A program made the position numbers and the translations under genes. A stretch of DNA of 64,000 nt from positions 1 through 64,000 of the IMG/VR virus record IMGVR_UViG_2851775564_000002, one strand, 5' to 3'. The notes below the pieces were generated by a model. That model saw nothing but the letters and a program-made list of their open reading frames with translations, was not told where the DNA came from and searched no databases. This DNA is from a virus. Taxonomy: Duplodnaviria; Caudoviricetes. Shown here one piece after another: positions 1 through 8,917 of the stretch; within the stretch, counting starts at the first letter, position 1; each line of letters begins with the position of its first letter.

Positions 1-92
1 ATTATTTATAATGTAGCTTCTATTTTATTATGTGTAAGAATTAAAAAAAAGAATATTTAATAAATAATGGACAGACACTTTTCAATGATTTT

Positions 93-134
93 AAAATACC
101 CGTAGAGTTAAAGTTAACTCTATGGGTATTTTTT
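93..134 (+). terminator. Intrinsic terminator of upstream unit
   Basis: aaaatacccgtagagtta-aagt-taactctatgggtatttt inverted repeat plus T tract. Confidence 0.75.
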
Positions 135-139
135 ATATA

Positions 140-168
140 TTGACAGGAATAATTTGGAGATGTATAAT
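140..168 (+). promoter_or_regulatory. sigmaA promoter of the ImmA/HTH operon
   Basis: TTGACA(140-145)-17 bp-TATAAT(163-168), perfect consensus. Confidence 0.85.
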
Positions 169-211
169 GTTCTCATACAAGCATACACGCAACAATGAAA
201 GGGGCGATGGA

Positions 212-1004
212 ATGATTAACTTAGACTTTAAACAAAAAAAAGAATGGTGTTCCCGTTCTATCAAAAGATGAAATTGATAATTTAGCGGAAATAGTAATTA
301 ATGATTATAATTCTAAAATGTTAAAAGAAGCAAGTGCTTTAGATGTTGAGGAATTTTTAGAATTTTATGCTGAATTAGAAATGGATTATAAAGATTTAAC
401 CCATAATCAATCCATATTAGGTATGACAGTTTTTAATGATTGTAATATACCAGTGTATGATGCTAAGAATAATAAGGCTAAAAGAATACCTGTAAATGAA
501 GGAACGGTTCTTATTGATAATAGCCTTTTGAATGAAGATCAATTAAGAAGAGGACGATTTACTATAATGCATGAAATAAGTCATTGGCTTATACATAGAC
601 AAGTGTATCTAGTAGACAAAAACCAATTATCATTATTTGATTTTATGGAAGATCAAAAACAGCCAGTTGTAAAATGTCGTACTAGTGATATCGAAAGTAC
701 TAGAAGAAAAAAATTAGTAACTGATGATGATTGGATGGAATGGCAAGCTGATTCAATGGCATCAGCATTGTTAATGCCTAAGTCAATATTTGTAAAGATT
801 ACAAGGGATAAATTTATATCTGTTGGAATGGAAAAATGCTATTATGAATTAGGTTCTGATTTTGAAAAAGATTTATGGGCAGATTTATTACCTTATGAAT
901 TAGCAGATATATTTGATGTATCAGTAACTGCAGCTAAAATAAGACTTAAGAATTTAGGATTCATACGTGAAGAACAAGGAAATCATCAATATTTTCTTGT
1001 ATAA
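212..1004 (+). pseudogene. ImmA/IrrE-family metallopeptidase, frameshifted in an A8 run (234-241); 318..1004 is the intact downstream frame
   Basis: HEISH zinc motif, EWQAD..ASALLMP; removing one A joins RBS/ATG212 to frame giving MINLDFKQKKNGVPVLSKDEID... Confidence 0.7.
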
Positions 1005-1068
1005 AATAAACAAAAAGCTTAATTATATAAACTAGCATGTTTTGCTAGTTAAAAGGGAGGTGTAAAGA

Positions 1069-1455
1069 ATGAGTCCAAACAAATTTGGAGAGTTTGTATC
1101 AGAGAGAAGAAAAGAAAAAAAGATTAGTTTAAGAAAAATGGCAGAACTTTTGGATCTTTCTCCAGCATATTGGAGTGACATTGAAAAGGGTAGAAGAAAT
1201 CCACCTAACATTAACAAACTTCAAGAAATCGCTAATATATTAGGTCTGTCTCATGGTGAATTGGATGATATGATAGATATAGCTTCAGAGGATAGAGATG
1301 AAATTCCTATGGATTTACCAGATTATATAAAAGAAAGTAATTTAGCTAGAACTGCTCTTAGAAAAGCTCGTAAAATGGATGAAGTCGAAGGCAAAAGTGG
1401 CGTTACAGAAAAAGCATGGAAGGATTTTATAAAGGCTTTAGAAGAGGAAGAATAA
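1069..1455 (+). CDS. XRE-family HTH repressor (ImmR-like)
   Basis: ISLRKMAELLDLSPAYWSDIEKGRRNPP HTH. Confidence 0.85.
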   Translation: MSPNKFGEFVSERRKEKKISLRKMAELLDLSPAYWSDIEKGRRNPPNINKLQEIANILGLSHGELDDMIDIASEDRDEIPMDLPDYIKESNLARTALRKARKMDEVEGKSGVTEKAWKDFIKALEEEE

Positions 1456-1461
1456 GGGGGC

Positions 1462-1836
1462 TTGTTTGTGAATGAGATATTTAAAAAGATGATTGAAGAT
1501 AATTTTTATGGAGATATATTTAATTCTTTGCAAGCAGAAATTACAAACAATTATGATGAATATGATTTGACTCTAAGAGCCAATGTTGTTCAGGAAGTGC
1601 TAGAAGCAGAACTTGATAGCATTGATGTTTTAAGAATTTTTGATATTAATCAAGATGAAGAAGATGTAACTTTTAATATGTTAGTTAGTTGCAATATTCA
1701 GATTAGTGATTATGCTTATAATGAAAACATATCAGAGTCAATTTGTCAGTGGTTTAAGCTAAGTTGTAGTGCTATCTTAGAAAATGCTACATTAAAAGAT
1801 TTTACTGTAGATGAAATTGAAGCCTATAACAAGTAA
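1462..1836 (+). CDS. Acidic protein; probable N-terminal domain of a split ImmA-like protein
   Basis: Same frame as 1849..2565, separated by TAA plus 4 codons. Confidence 0.55.
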   Translation: MFVNEIFKKMIEDNFYGDIFNSLQAEITNNYDEYDLTLRANVVQEVLEAELDSIDVLRIFDINQDEEDVTFNMLVSCNIQISDYAYNENISESICQWFKLSCSAILENATLKDFTVDEIEAYNK

Positions 1837-1848
1837 AAAGGTGGGGAT

Positions 1849-2565
1849 ATGTTAATGAATTTAAGTAAAGATTTAGTGCCAATTATATATAAAAAGGATA
1901 TGGATAAAGAGGCAACAAAATTTTTGCTAAAGTACTGTCCAGAAGCTTTAGAGAAACCTATGCCTATACCAGTAGAAGATATTGCAGAATTAGAAATGAA
2001 TCTTGAGATTGATTATGTAAATATTGATAGAAATTATGATATATTAGGCATGATGATATTTTCTGATGGGTTAGTAGAATTATATGATAAGGAGCAAAAC
2101 CAGTGCATTAGAAGAAAATATAATAAAGGAACTTTACTTGTAGAAAGTGATCTTTCTGAGCCAAATTCCAGAGGTAGAGAAAGATTTACTATTGCTCATG
2201 AGATAGTTCATTGGGACAAGCATCAGCTAAGATTTATGGCTCTATCCTATAAAGAGAAAACATCAGCCAAGGCATGTCGTTGCCCAAAAGATAAACCATA
2301 CAAACCTAAAACACCAGATGAATGGGTTGAATGGCAAGCAGATAATTTAGCAGCTGCAATTTTGATGCCATCATCTATGTTTAAAAAGAAAACACATGAA
2401 CTTAAAAAAACTTATTTAGTAGGGGAGAAAATTAATGATTTTATGTGGAAAGGATTTAGTCCAGAGATGGTAAAAGAATTTATTATTAATGAATTAGCAT
2501 CAACTTTCCAAGTGTCAAAACAGGCGGCAGAAATAAGATTAAATACTTTAGAGATTTTGTTATAA
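1849..2565 (+). CDS. ImmA/IrrE-family metallopeptidase
   Basis: RERFTIAHEIVH, EWQADNLAAAILMP, C-terminal HTH FQVSKQAAEIRL. Confidence 0.85.
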   Translation: MLMNLSKDLVPIIYKKDMDKEATKFLLKYCPEALEKPMPIPVEDIAELEMNLEIDYVNIDRNYDILGMMIFSDGLVELYDKEQNQCIRRKYNKGTLLVESDLSEPNSRGRERFTIAHEIVHWDKHQLRFMALSYKEKTSAKACRCPKDKPYKPKTPDEWVEWQADNLAAAILMPSSMFKKKTHELKKTYLVGEKINDFMWKGFSPEMVKEFIINELASTFQVSKQAAEIRLNTLEILL

Positions 2566-2604
2566 AGGATAATAGCATAGAGTTAGTTTATGTTGTTATC
2601 TTTT
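2564..2604 (+). terminator. Intrinsic terminator
   Basis: ggataatagcatag/ttatgttgttatct stem with G-U pairs plus T tract. Confidence 0.55.
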
Positions 2605-2667
2605 ATACACACTAATATAAGTGTATAAAAGACGAATAGAGTGTAGGTCTTATTTTTTTACTCCTTA

Positions 2668-2739
2668 TGTTCGCTTATATGCAGACATGACACATAACGA
2701 CAATTTTTTTTAACTTCAATGTTCGCTTGAAAGCCTACA
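2668..2739. promoter_or_regulatory. Two 20-bp operator-like sites (third copy at 168-187)
   Basis: tgttcgcttatatgcagaca (2668), tgttcgcttgaaagcctaca (2720), tgttctcatacaagcataca (168). Confidence 0.6.
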
Positions 2740-2759
2740 AGACATAAAATGAATAAAAA

Positions 2760-2999
2760 ATGGAGGTGCCTATGGTATTAAAAGAAGTGAGAGACAAAGG
2801 AAAACACCAAAAGTTACTATTTAAAATTATTATTGAAAAAGATTCCTTTCTAATATCAACTAAATGTAGAGATTATAAAGAACCTATCTTAATTGATATT
2901 GGTTCAATTGTTAGTCCATATGTAGATAAAGAAACAATGGAAAAAATGAAAGCAACTTGTAAATTAATTTATAAACAGAAAACTAAAGAATTATCTTAA
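2760..2999 (+). CDS. Hypothetical protein
   Basis: ORF with GGAGGTG RBS (start probably ATG 2772). Confidence 0.6.
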   Translation: MEVPMVLKEVRDKGKHQKLLFKIIIEKDSFLISTKCRDYKEPILIDIGSIVSPYVDKETMEKMKATCKLIYKQKTKELS

Positions 3000-3034
3000 A
3001 AATTCAATAAATACAATCCCTTGTGAGCTGCTTG

Positions 3035-3108
3035 ATAGCCGGATTGAAATGTCAATGCAAATTGAGAATTATTTCTCAGTGCAGGACATTTCTCCGGCTA
3101 TTTTTTTT
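3035..3108 (+). terminator. Long bulged hairpin plus U8: terminator/attenuator ahead of sigma-like gene
   Basis: atagccgga..gaaatgtc..tgca..tgagaa / ttctca..tgca..gacatttc tccggctat, T8. Confidence 0.65.
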
Positions 3109-3195
3109 GCCCTTTTTTGGGTCAAGTCATGTGTAAATACAGCATTTTCATCAGTAATACAGTTTTAAATTCCAAAATTCAAGGAGGTAAATAAA

Positions 3196-3630
3196 ATGAA
3201 AAGAGTTATTAAAATAGGTAAAGAGTTAGTGGAAGTAAGTGAGGAACTTTATAAAGAGTACTATAAAATGGGAAGACGTGAAAGATATATGCAAAATGAT
3301 ATAAAGGTAGGACGTATTGATGTAGATATGGAGAAACAAAAGGTTACTTTTGTTGATAGTAAAGAGGATTCTGTTGAAAGGTTAATAGATAAAGGATTAG
3401 ATTTTAAAGATGCCCAAGCTGTAGAAGACATTGTCTGTGATAAGGCAATGCTTTTTATTTTACAGAAGGCTATGGAAGAACTAGATTGTGAGGAGCAAGA
3501 ACTTATAAAGAGCATTTATTATAAAAACCTTACAGTAAGAGAAGTCGCAAAAGAAGAAAACGTTTCTCATGTAGCTATTGTTAAAAGACATAAAAAAATT
3601 TTAGAAAAGCTTAAAAAATATTTTTTATAA
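3196..3630 (+). CDS. Sigma-70 region-4-like phage transcription factor
   Basis: C-terminal LTVREVAKEENVSHVAIVKRHKKILEKLKK; strong RBS. Confidence 0.75.
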   Translation: MKRVIKIGKELVEVSEELYKEYYKMGRRERYMQNDIKVGRIDVDMEKQKVTFVDSKEDSVERLIDKGLDFKDAQAVEDIVCDKAMLFILQKAMEELDCEEQELIKSIYYKNLTVREVAKEENVSHVAIVKRHKKILEKLKKYFL

Positions 3631-3631
3631 A

Positions 3632-4597
3632 TTTGGTTACCAAACATACCTCCTTATTGGCTAACAAGTGAGGGGGTTATCTCCCATCACAATATACGGA
3701 GGTTATATAAATGAATGAATTAGTTAAAGTAGATTATAGCAAAGAAGAACCAACGGTATCTGGTAGAGAATTACATGAATTTTTAGAAGTAGAAACTAGA
3801 TATAATGATTGGTTTAAAAGAATGTGTGAATATGGATTTACAGAGGGTGTGGACTTTTACTCAAATTTGAGTAAAACACATGTATGCGGTGGAAGACCAT
3901 CAACTGATCATGAACTTACAATTCCAATGGCAAAGGAATTGTGTATGATTCAAAGAACGGAAAAAGGAAAAATGGCACGTCAGTATTTTCTTTCTATAGA
4001 AAAGGCATGGAATACACCTGAAATGGTTATGTCTAGAGCATTAAAGATGGCAGATATAACAATAAAAAATCTACAGATAGAAAATGAAGAATTATTAGTT
4101 GCTAATACTAATATGCAACCCAAGACTGAATATTTTGATGAATTAGTAGATAGAAATTTACTTACTAATTTTAGAGATACAGCTAAAGAATTAAAGGTTA
4201 AGGAAAAAGCATTTATTAGTTTTCTTCTAAATATAGGATATGTCTATCGTGATAAAAAACAAAAACTTAAGCCTTATGCAGATAAAAATGATGGATTGTT
4301 TGAAATTAAGGAAGTAAAAAATGAAAGAACAGGATGGGTTGGTACACAGACACTTATTACTCCAAAAGGAAGAGAAACTTTTAGGCTTTTAATAAAAGGA
4401 TCATCTATATAAAAATTTTCAAACATATGTGACCCAAAATGTATTTTTAAAGGTTAATAACTGAGGAGTATTACTTAAATTTGAGTAATACTCCAGGAAT
4501 AAAGCAACTTTTATTATTTTGAAAAGAAGAACTAATAAAATTTTTAAATTTTGGTTACAAAACATACCTCTTTATTGGCTAATAAGTGAAGGGGTTA
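3632..4597 (+). repeat. 48-bp direct repeat (3632-3679 / 4550-4597), putative promoter for the sigma-like factor
   Basis: tttggttac(c/a)aaacatacctc(c/t)ttattggctaa(c/t)aagtga(g/a)ggggtta, 44/48 identical. Confidence 0.75.
3711..4412 (+). CDS. Phage antirepressor (AntA N-term + KilA-C/ANT C-term)
   Basis: VSGRELHEFLEV..YNDWF; AKELCMIQRTEKGKMARQYF; TLITPKGRETF. Confidence 0.85.
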   Translation: MNELVKVDYSKEEPTVSGRELHEFLEVETRYNDWFKRMCEYGFTEGVDFYSNLSKTHVCGGRPSTDHELTIPMAKELCMIQRTEKGKMARQYFLSIEKAWNTPEMVMSRALKMADITIKNLQIENEELLVANTNMQPKTEYFDELVDRNLLTNFRDTAKELKVKEKAFISFLLNIGYVYRDKKQKLKPYADKNDGLFEIKEVKNERTGWVGTQTLITPKGRETFRLLIKGSSI

Positions 4598-4626
4598 ATT
4601 AAAAAAAATGAAGGGAGTAAAAAGAT

Positions 4627-4776
4627 ATGGAGGCAAATGTAAACAAAGAAATGCAAGAGGAAATGGTTGGTGTTCTTACAGCAATAAGTATTGTATCTAA
4701 GAGATTAGCTACAAGATTAATAGAACAAAGTGAAAAAGAAAATAAGAAAGGAGAAGTAAAGCATGAACAAAACTAA
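4627..4776 (+). CDS. Small phage protein (49 aa, not in ORF track)
   Basis: RBS GGGAG; MEANVNKEMQEEMVGVLTAISIVSKRLATRL...; overlaps next gene. Confidence 0.6.
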   Translation: MEANVNKEMQEEMVGVLTAISIVSKRLATRLIEQSEKENKKGEVKHEQN

Positions 4777-5107
4777 AATAATTCAAGACATTATAGTAAA
4801 TCTAAAGGGTATTACTGGGAGTTTAGAAACTTTAACAAAAGTATTAAATGAACCAGTAAATTCACAAGAAGTAGAAGGAAAAGAAAATGCAGTAAAAGAG
4901 TCTAATGTTAAAGAAAATAAAGAAGATTCACAAGCGCAAAAACAACCAACTCTAGAAGAAGTAAGAGCAGCTATGGCTGAGAAAAATCGTGAAGGACATA
5001 GAGAAGAAGTTAAAGCAATTATAGTAAAGTATGGAGCAAATAAGTTAACTGCACTTGAGCCAAAGTGCTATGCAGATGTACTTAAGGAAGTTGGTGAAAT
5101 AAAATGA
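4763..5107 (+). CDS. Conserved phage protein preceding DUF2800
   Basis: PTLEEVRAAMAEK...KYGANKLTAL motif; synteny. Confidence 0.65.
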   Translation: MNKTKIIQDIIVNLKGITGSLETLTKVLNEPVNSQEVEGKENAVKESNVKENKEDSQAQKQPTLEEVRAAMAEKNREGHREEVKAIIVKYGANKLTALEPKCYADVLKEVGEIK

Positions 5108-6240
5108 GTGGTTCTTATAATGAGCATTCTAAATTTTCACCTTCAGCAGCTCATAGAATTTTAGCTTGTACACCTTCAATGCTTTTAGAACAGCAGTTTC
5201 CAAATGAGACAAGCACTTATGCAGAAGAAGGAACTGCGGCACATGATCTCGCTGAACATAAGTTAAAGAAAGCTTTAAAAATGAGGTCAAGAAAACCTGT
5301 TAGTAAGTATGATTCAGATGAAATGGACGAGTATACAGATACTTATGTAGAATACTGTTTAGGAATTATAGAAAAGGCTAAGGAAAATTGCAAGGACCTT
5401 CAGATTTTAATTGAGCAAAAGTTAGATTTTAGTGACTATGTTGAAGGTGGCTTTGGAACTGGAGACCTTGTGATAGCTGGAACAGGTACACTTCATGTTA
5501 TAGATTTTAAATATGGTAGAGGAGTTATAGTATCTGCAGAAAAAAATCCACAGATGATGCTTTATGCATTAGGTGCTTTATCTTTATTTGATATGCTTTA
5601 TGACATTGAAAAAGTTACTATGACTATAGTTCAGCCAAGAGTAGATAACTTTTCTACTTATGAAATAACCGTAGAAGAACTTCTCAAGTGGGCAGAAGAG
5701 GAACTAAAACCAAAAGCAGAATTAGCATTAAAAGGCGAAGGGGAATTTTGTCCAGGAGAACATTGTAGGTTTTGCAAAGCTAAAAATCAGTGTAGAGCTA
5801 GAGCAGTTAAAAATTTAGAACTTTTAAAATATGAATTTTCAGACCCAACATTACTTTCAGATGATGAAATAGCTGAAATTATGGGAGTTGCAGAAGAACT
5901 TTCTAAGTGGGCAAGTGATATTTATACCTATGCTACAGCACTTGCTATTAATGAAGGCAAAAATTGGGATGGATTTAAACTTGTAGAAGGAAGGACTAGA
6001 AGAAAATATACAGATGAACAATCTGTAGCTGAAGCTGCAAAGGGTGCTGGATATAGTGATATTTATAAGAAGAACTTAATTTCCATAACTGAGATGGAAA
6101 AGTTAATGGGAAAGAAAAAGTTTAAGGATATCTTAGGTTCTTTTGTAGAAAAGCCAAAGGGTAAATTAACATTAGTTTTAGATACAGATAAAAGAAATGC
6201 AGTAGATGTAGTAGCTGCAGAGTTTCAAGTTGAAGAATAA
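5104..6240 (+). CDS. DUF2800 family PD-(D/E)XK (Cas4-like) nuclease
   Basis: AEEGTAAH, GTGD..HVIDFKYG, HCRFCK. Confidence 0.85.
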   Translation: MSGSYNEHSKFSPSAAHRILACTPSMLLEQQFPNETSTYAEEGTAAHDLAEHKLKKALKMRSRKPVSKYDSDEMDEYTDTYVEYCLGIIEKAKENCKDLQILIEQKLDFSDYVEGGFGTGDLVIAGTGTLHVIDFKYGRGVIVSAEKNPQMMLYALGALSLFDMLYDIEKVTMTIVQPRVDNFSTYEITVEELLKWAEEELKPKAELALKGEGEFCPGEHCRFCKAKNQCRARAVKNLELLKYEFSDPTLLSDDEIAEIMGVAEELSKWASDIYTYATALAINEGKNWDGFKLVEGRTRRKYTDEQSVAEAAKGAGYSDIYKKNLISITEMEKLMGKKKFKDILGSFVEKPKGKLTLVLDTDKRNAVDVVAAEFQVEE

Positions 6241-6287
6241 TATACAGCTTAAAATAGCTGAATTTAAAATATTAGGAGGATTTTGTT

Positions 6288-6824
6288 ATGAGTAAAAATT
6301 CAAAAGTGGTAATACCAGGGAGATTAAGTTATACAAATCTATTTGAGGCAAAAAGTATTAATGGAAGTGAGCCTAAGTATAGTGTTTCTATAATTATACC
6401 TAAAGGTGATAAGAAAACTTTAACTATGATTCAAAAGGCTGTTGAAGATGCTAAAAAAGAAGGTATAGGTAAGTTTGGAGGAAAGATTCCTAAAAACTTA
6501 AAAACTCCACTAAGAGATGGAGATATTGACAGACCAGATGATCCAGCATATGAAAACAGCTATTTTATAAATACAAATTCAAAAGATGCACCTCAGATTG
6601 TAGATAAAAGAATACAGCCAATTCTTGATAGAAGTGAAGTTTATAGTGGATGTTATGGAAAGGTAAGTGTTAATTTTTATGCCTTTAATGTAAATGGAAA
6701 TCGTGGAATTGCAGCAGGTCTTGGTAATGTTCAAAAGCTTAGAGATGGGGAATCTTTAGGTGGTCATAGTAGAGCAGAGGATGACTTTGAAATTGAAGAA
6801 GAAGATGATGATTTTATGTCATAA
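6288..6824 (+). CDS. DUF2815 family ssDNA-binding protein
   Basis: PLRDGD, VYSGCY, GNRGIAAGLGNVQKLRDG, acidic tail. Confidence 0.85.
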   Translation: MSKNSKVVIPGRLSYTNLFEAKSINGSEPKYSVSIIIPKGDKKTLTMIQKAVEDAKKEGIGKFGGKIPKNLKTPLRDGDIDRPDDPAYENSYFINTNSKDAPQIVDKRIQPILDRSEVYSGCYGKVSVNFYAFNVNGNRGIAAGLGNVQKLRDGESLGGHSRAEDDFEIEEEDDDFMS

Positions 6825-6893
6825 AAATAAAATAACTTTTATGCAGGTAGAGCCTTATTGGCTCTTTGCCTTGCATAAGGAGGTAATGAAAAA

Positions 6894-8849
6894 TTGAAAA
6901 TATTATCTATAGATATAGAAACTTTTTCTGATGTTGATATTAGTAAATGTGGTGTGTATCGTTATGCTGATAGTGTAAACTTTGATATTTTGTTATTTGG
7001 ATACAGTATAGATGGTGGACCAGTAGAAGTAGTAGATATGGCTAGTGGAGAAAAACTGCCACAGTTTATTATAGATGCAATAATTGATGATAATGTTATA
7101 AAAACAGCTTTTAATGCTCAGTTTGAAAGGATTTGTTTAATGACATACCTTTCAAGATTATTAAATAAAAATATATACCTTCATCCATCTTCATGGAGTT
7201 GTACAGAGGTACAGGCTTCAATGCTAGGATTACCACTTAGTTTAGCAGGAGTAGGCAAAGTGTTAAAACTTGATGAGCAGAAAATGGATGAAGGTAAAGC
7301 ATTAATTAGATATTTTTGTACACCTTGTAGAGCTACTGCAGCTAATGGAGGAAGAACAAGGAATATGCCAAAGGATGCTCCAGAAAAATGGGAGTTATTT
7401 AAAAAGTATAATGTTAGAGATGTTCAAGTGGAACTTGCCATTCGTGAGAAGTTAAAGAAGTATCCTATACCAGAAAGAGAGCAAGAATTTTATGTACTAG
7501 ATCAGAAAATAAATGATCTTGGATTATTAGTAGATAAAAAATTAGAGGAAGAAGCTATTTCTTGTGATAGGCAGTTTACAGTTGCTGCTACAGAAAAAGC
7601 CTATGAGTTAACAGGACTTGAAAATCCAAACTCTGTAGCACAGCTGAAAGGATGGTTAAAAGAACGTGGAGTTAAAGTGGAGAGCCTTTCAAAAAAAGCC
7701 GTAACGGATTTAGTGGAAGAAACAGAAGGAGAAGTTGCTGAAGCTTTAAAGTTAAGACTTTTAATGGCTAAAACTAGTGTGAAAAAATATGAAGCTATAG
7801 AAAGAGCAGTTTGCTCTGATGGCAGGGTTCATGGATTATTTCAATTTTATGGTGCAAATAGAACTGGCAGGTGGAGTGGGCGTTTAGTTCAGTTCCAAAA
7901 CCTACCTCAAAATCATCTTAAGGATTTAACTCTTGCAAGAGATTTAATAAAAGAAGGTAGATTTGAAGATGTAGAACTTTTATTTGGAAATACACCTAGT
8001 GTGTTATCTGAACTTATTAGAACTAATTTTATTCCTAAAGAAAAGTATCGTTTTATAGTAGCAGATTTTTCAGCAATAGAAGCAAGAGTAATTTCATGGC
8101 TTGCTGGTGAAAAATGGAGACTTGATGTCTTTGCATCACATGGAAAAATATATGAAGCAGCTGCATCTATGATGTTTCATGTACCTATTGAAAGCATTAC
8201 TAAAGGAAGTCCTTTAAGGCAGAAAGGGAAAATATCAGAATTGGCTTGTGGATATGGCGGCGGTGTTGGTGCATTAAAATCTATGGGAGCTTTAGATATG
8301 GGAGTTGAGGAATCTGAACTTCAAGGGCTTATTGATAATTGGAGAACTGCAAATCCTCATATTGTGAAGTTTTGGTGGGATGTTGATAAGGTAGCTATTA
8401 AAGCAGTAAAGGAAAGAGGCATAGCATCTACCCATGGTATTATTTTTACCTATAAAAGTGGAATGTTATTTGTTACTTTGCCATCTGGAAGAAATCTTGT
8501 TTATGTAAAACCTAGGATTGGATTAAATAAATTTGGTAGAGAAGGACTTACTTATGAAGGCATTGGAGCAACAAAAAAGTGGGAGAGGATAGAAACTTAT
8601 GGACCTAAAATTGTAGAAAATATTGTGCAAGCAACGTCAAGAGATTTATTAGCAGAAGCCATGCTTAGATTAGATAAAGCAGGGTATAAAATAGTTGCCC
8701 ACGTACATGATGAAGCTATATGTGAAGTGCCTATAGGAGAAGGTTCTGTAGAAGAAATGTGTGCAATTATGGCAGAATCACCTAAATGGGTAAAAGGGTT
8801 ACCCTTAAAAGCAGATGGCTATGAATGCAATTTTTATATGAAAGATTAA
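6894..8849 (+). CDS. Phage family A DNA polymerase
   Basis: DIET exonuclease; TGRWSG; DFSAIEAR; RQKGK..LACGYG; HVHDE. Confidence 0.92.
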   Translation: MKILSIDIETFSDVDISKCGVYRYADSVNFDILLFGYSIDGGPVEVVDMASGEKLPQFIIDAIIDDNVIKTAFNAQFERICLMTYLSRLLNKNIYLHPSSWSCTEVQASMLGLPLSLAGVGKVLKLDEQKMDEGKALIRYFCTPCRATAANGGRTRNMPKDAPEKWELFKKYNVRDVQVELAIREKLKKYPIPEREQEFYVLDQKINDLGLLVDKKLEEEAISCDRQFTVAATEKAYELTGLENPNSVAQLKGWLKERGVKVESLSKKAVTDLVEETEGEVAEALKLRLLMAKTSVKKYEAIERAVCSDGRVHGLFQFYGANRTGRWSGRLVQFQNLPQNHLKDLTLARDLIKEGRFEDVELLFGNTPSVLSELIRTNFIPKEKYRFIVADFSAIEARVISWLAGEKWRLDVFASHGKIYEAAASMMFHVPIESITKGSPLRQKGKISELACGYGGGVGALKSMGALDMGVEESELQGLIDNWRTANPHIVKFWWDVDKVAIKAVKERGIASTHGIIFTYKSGMLFVTLPSGRNLVYVKPRIGLNKFGREGLTYEGIGATKKWERIETYGPKIVENIVQATSRDLLAEAMLRLDKAGYKIVAHVHDEAICEVPIGEGSVEEMCAIMAESPKWVKGLPLKADGYECNFYMKD

Positions 8850-8917
8850 GTATGTACTTAACAAAAGGAAAGTACAACATAGAGAAAATATAGGAAGAAA
8901 GAGGAGGTAACAGTATC

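Noticed and set aside
5104-6240. Cas4-like nuclease as evidence of CRISPR-Cas
   Set aside because: No repeat-spacer array or other cas genes seen; this is the standard DUF2800 gene of the PolA replication module
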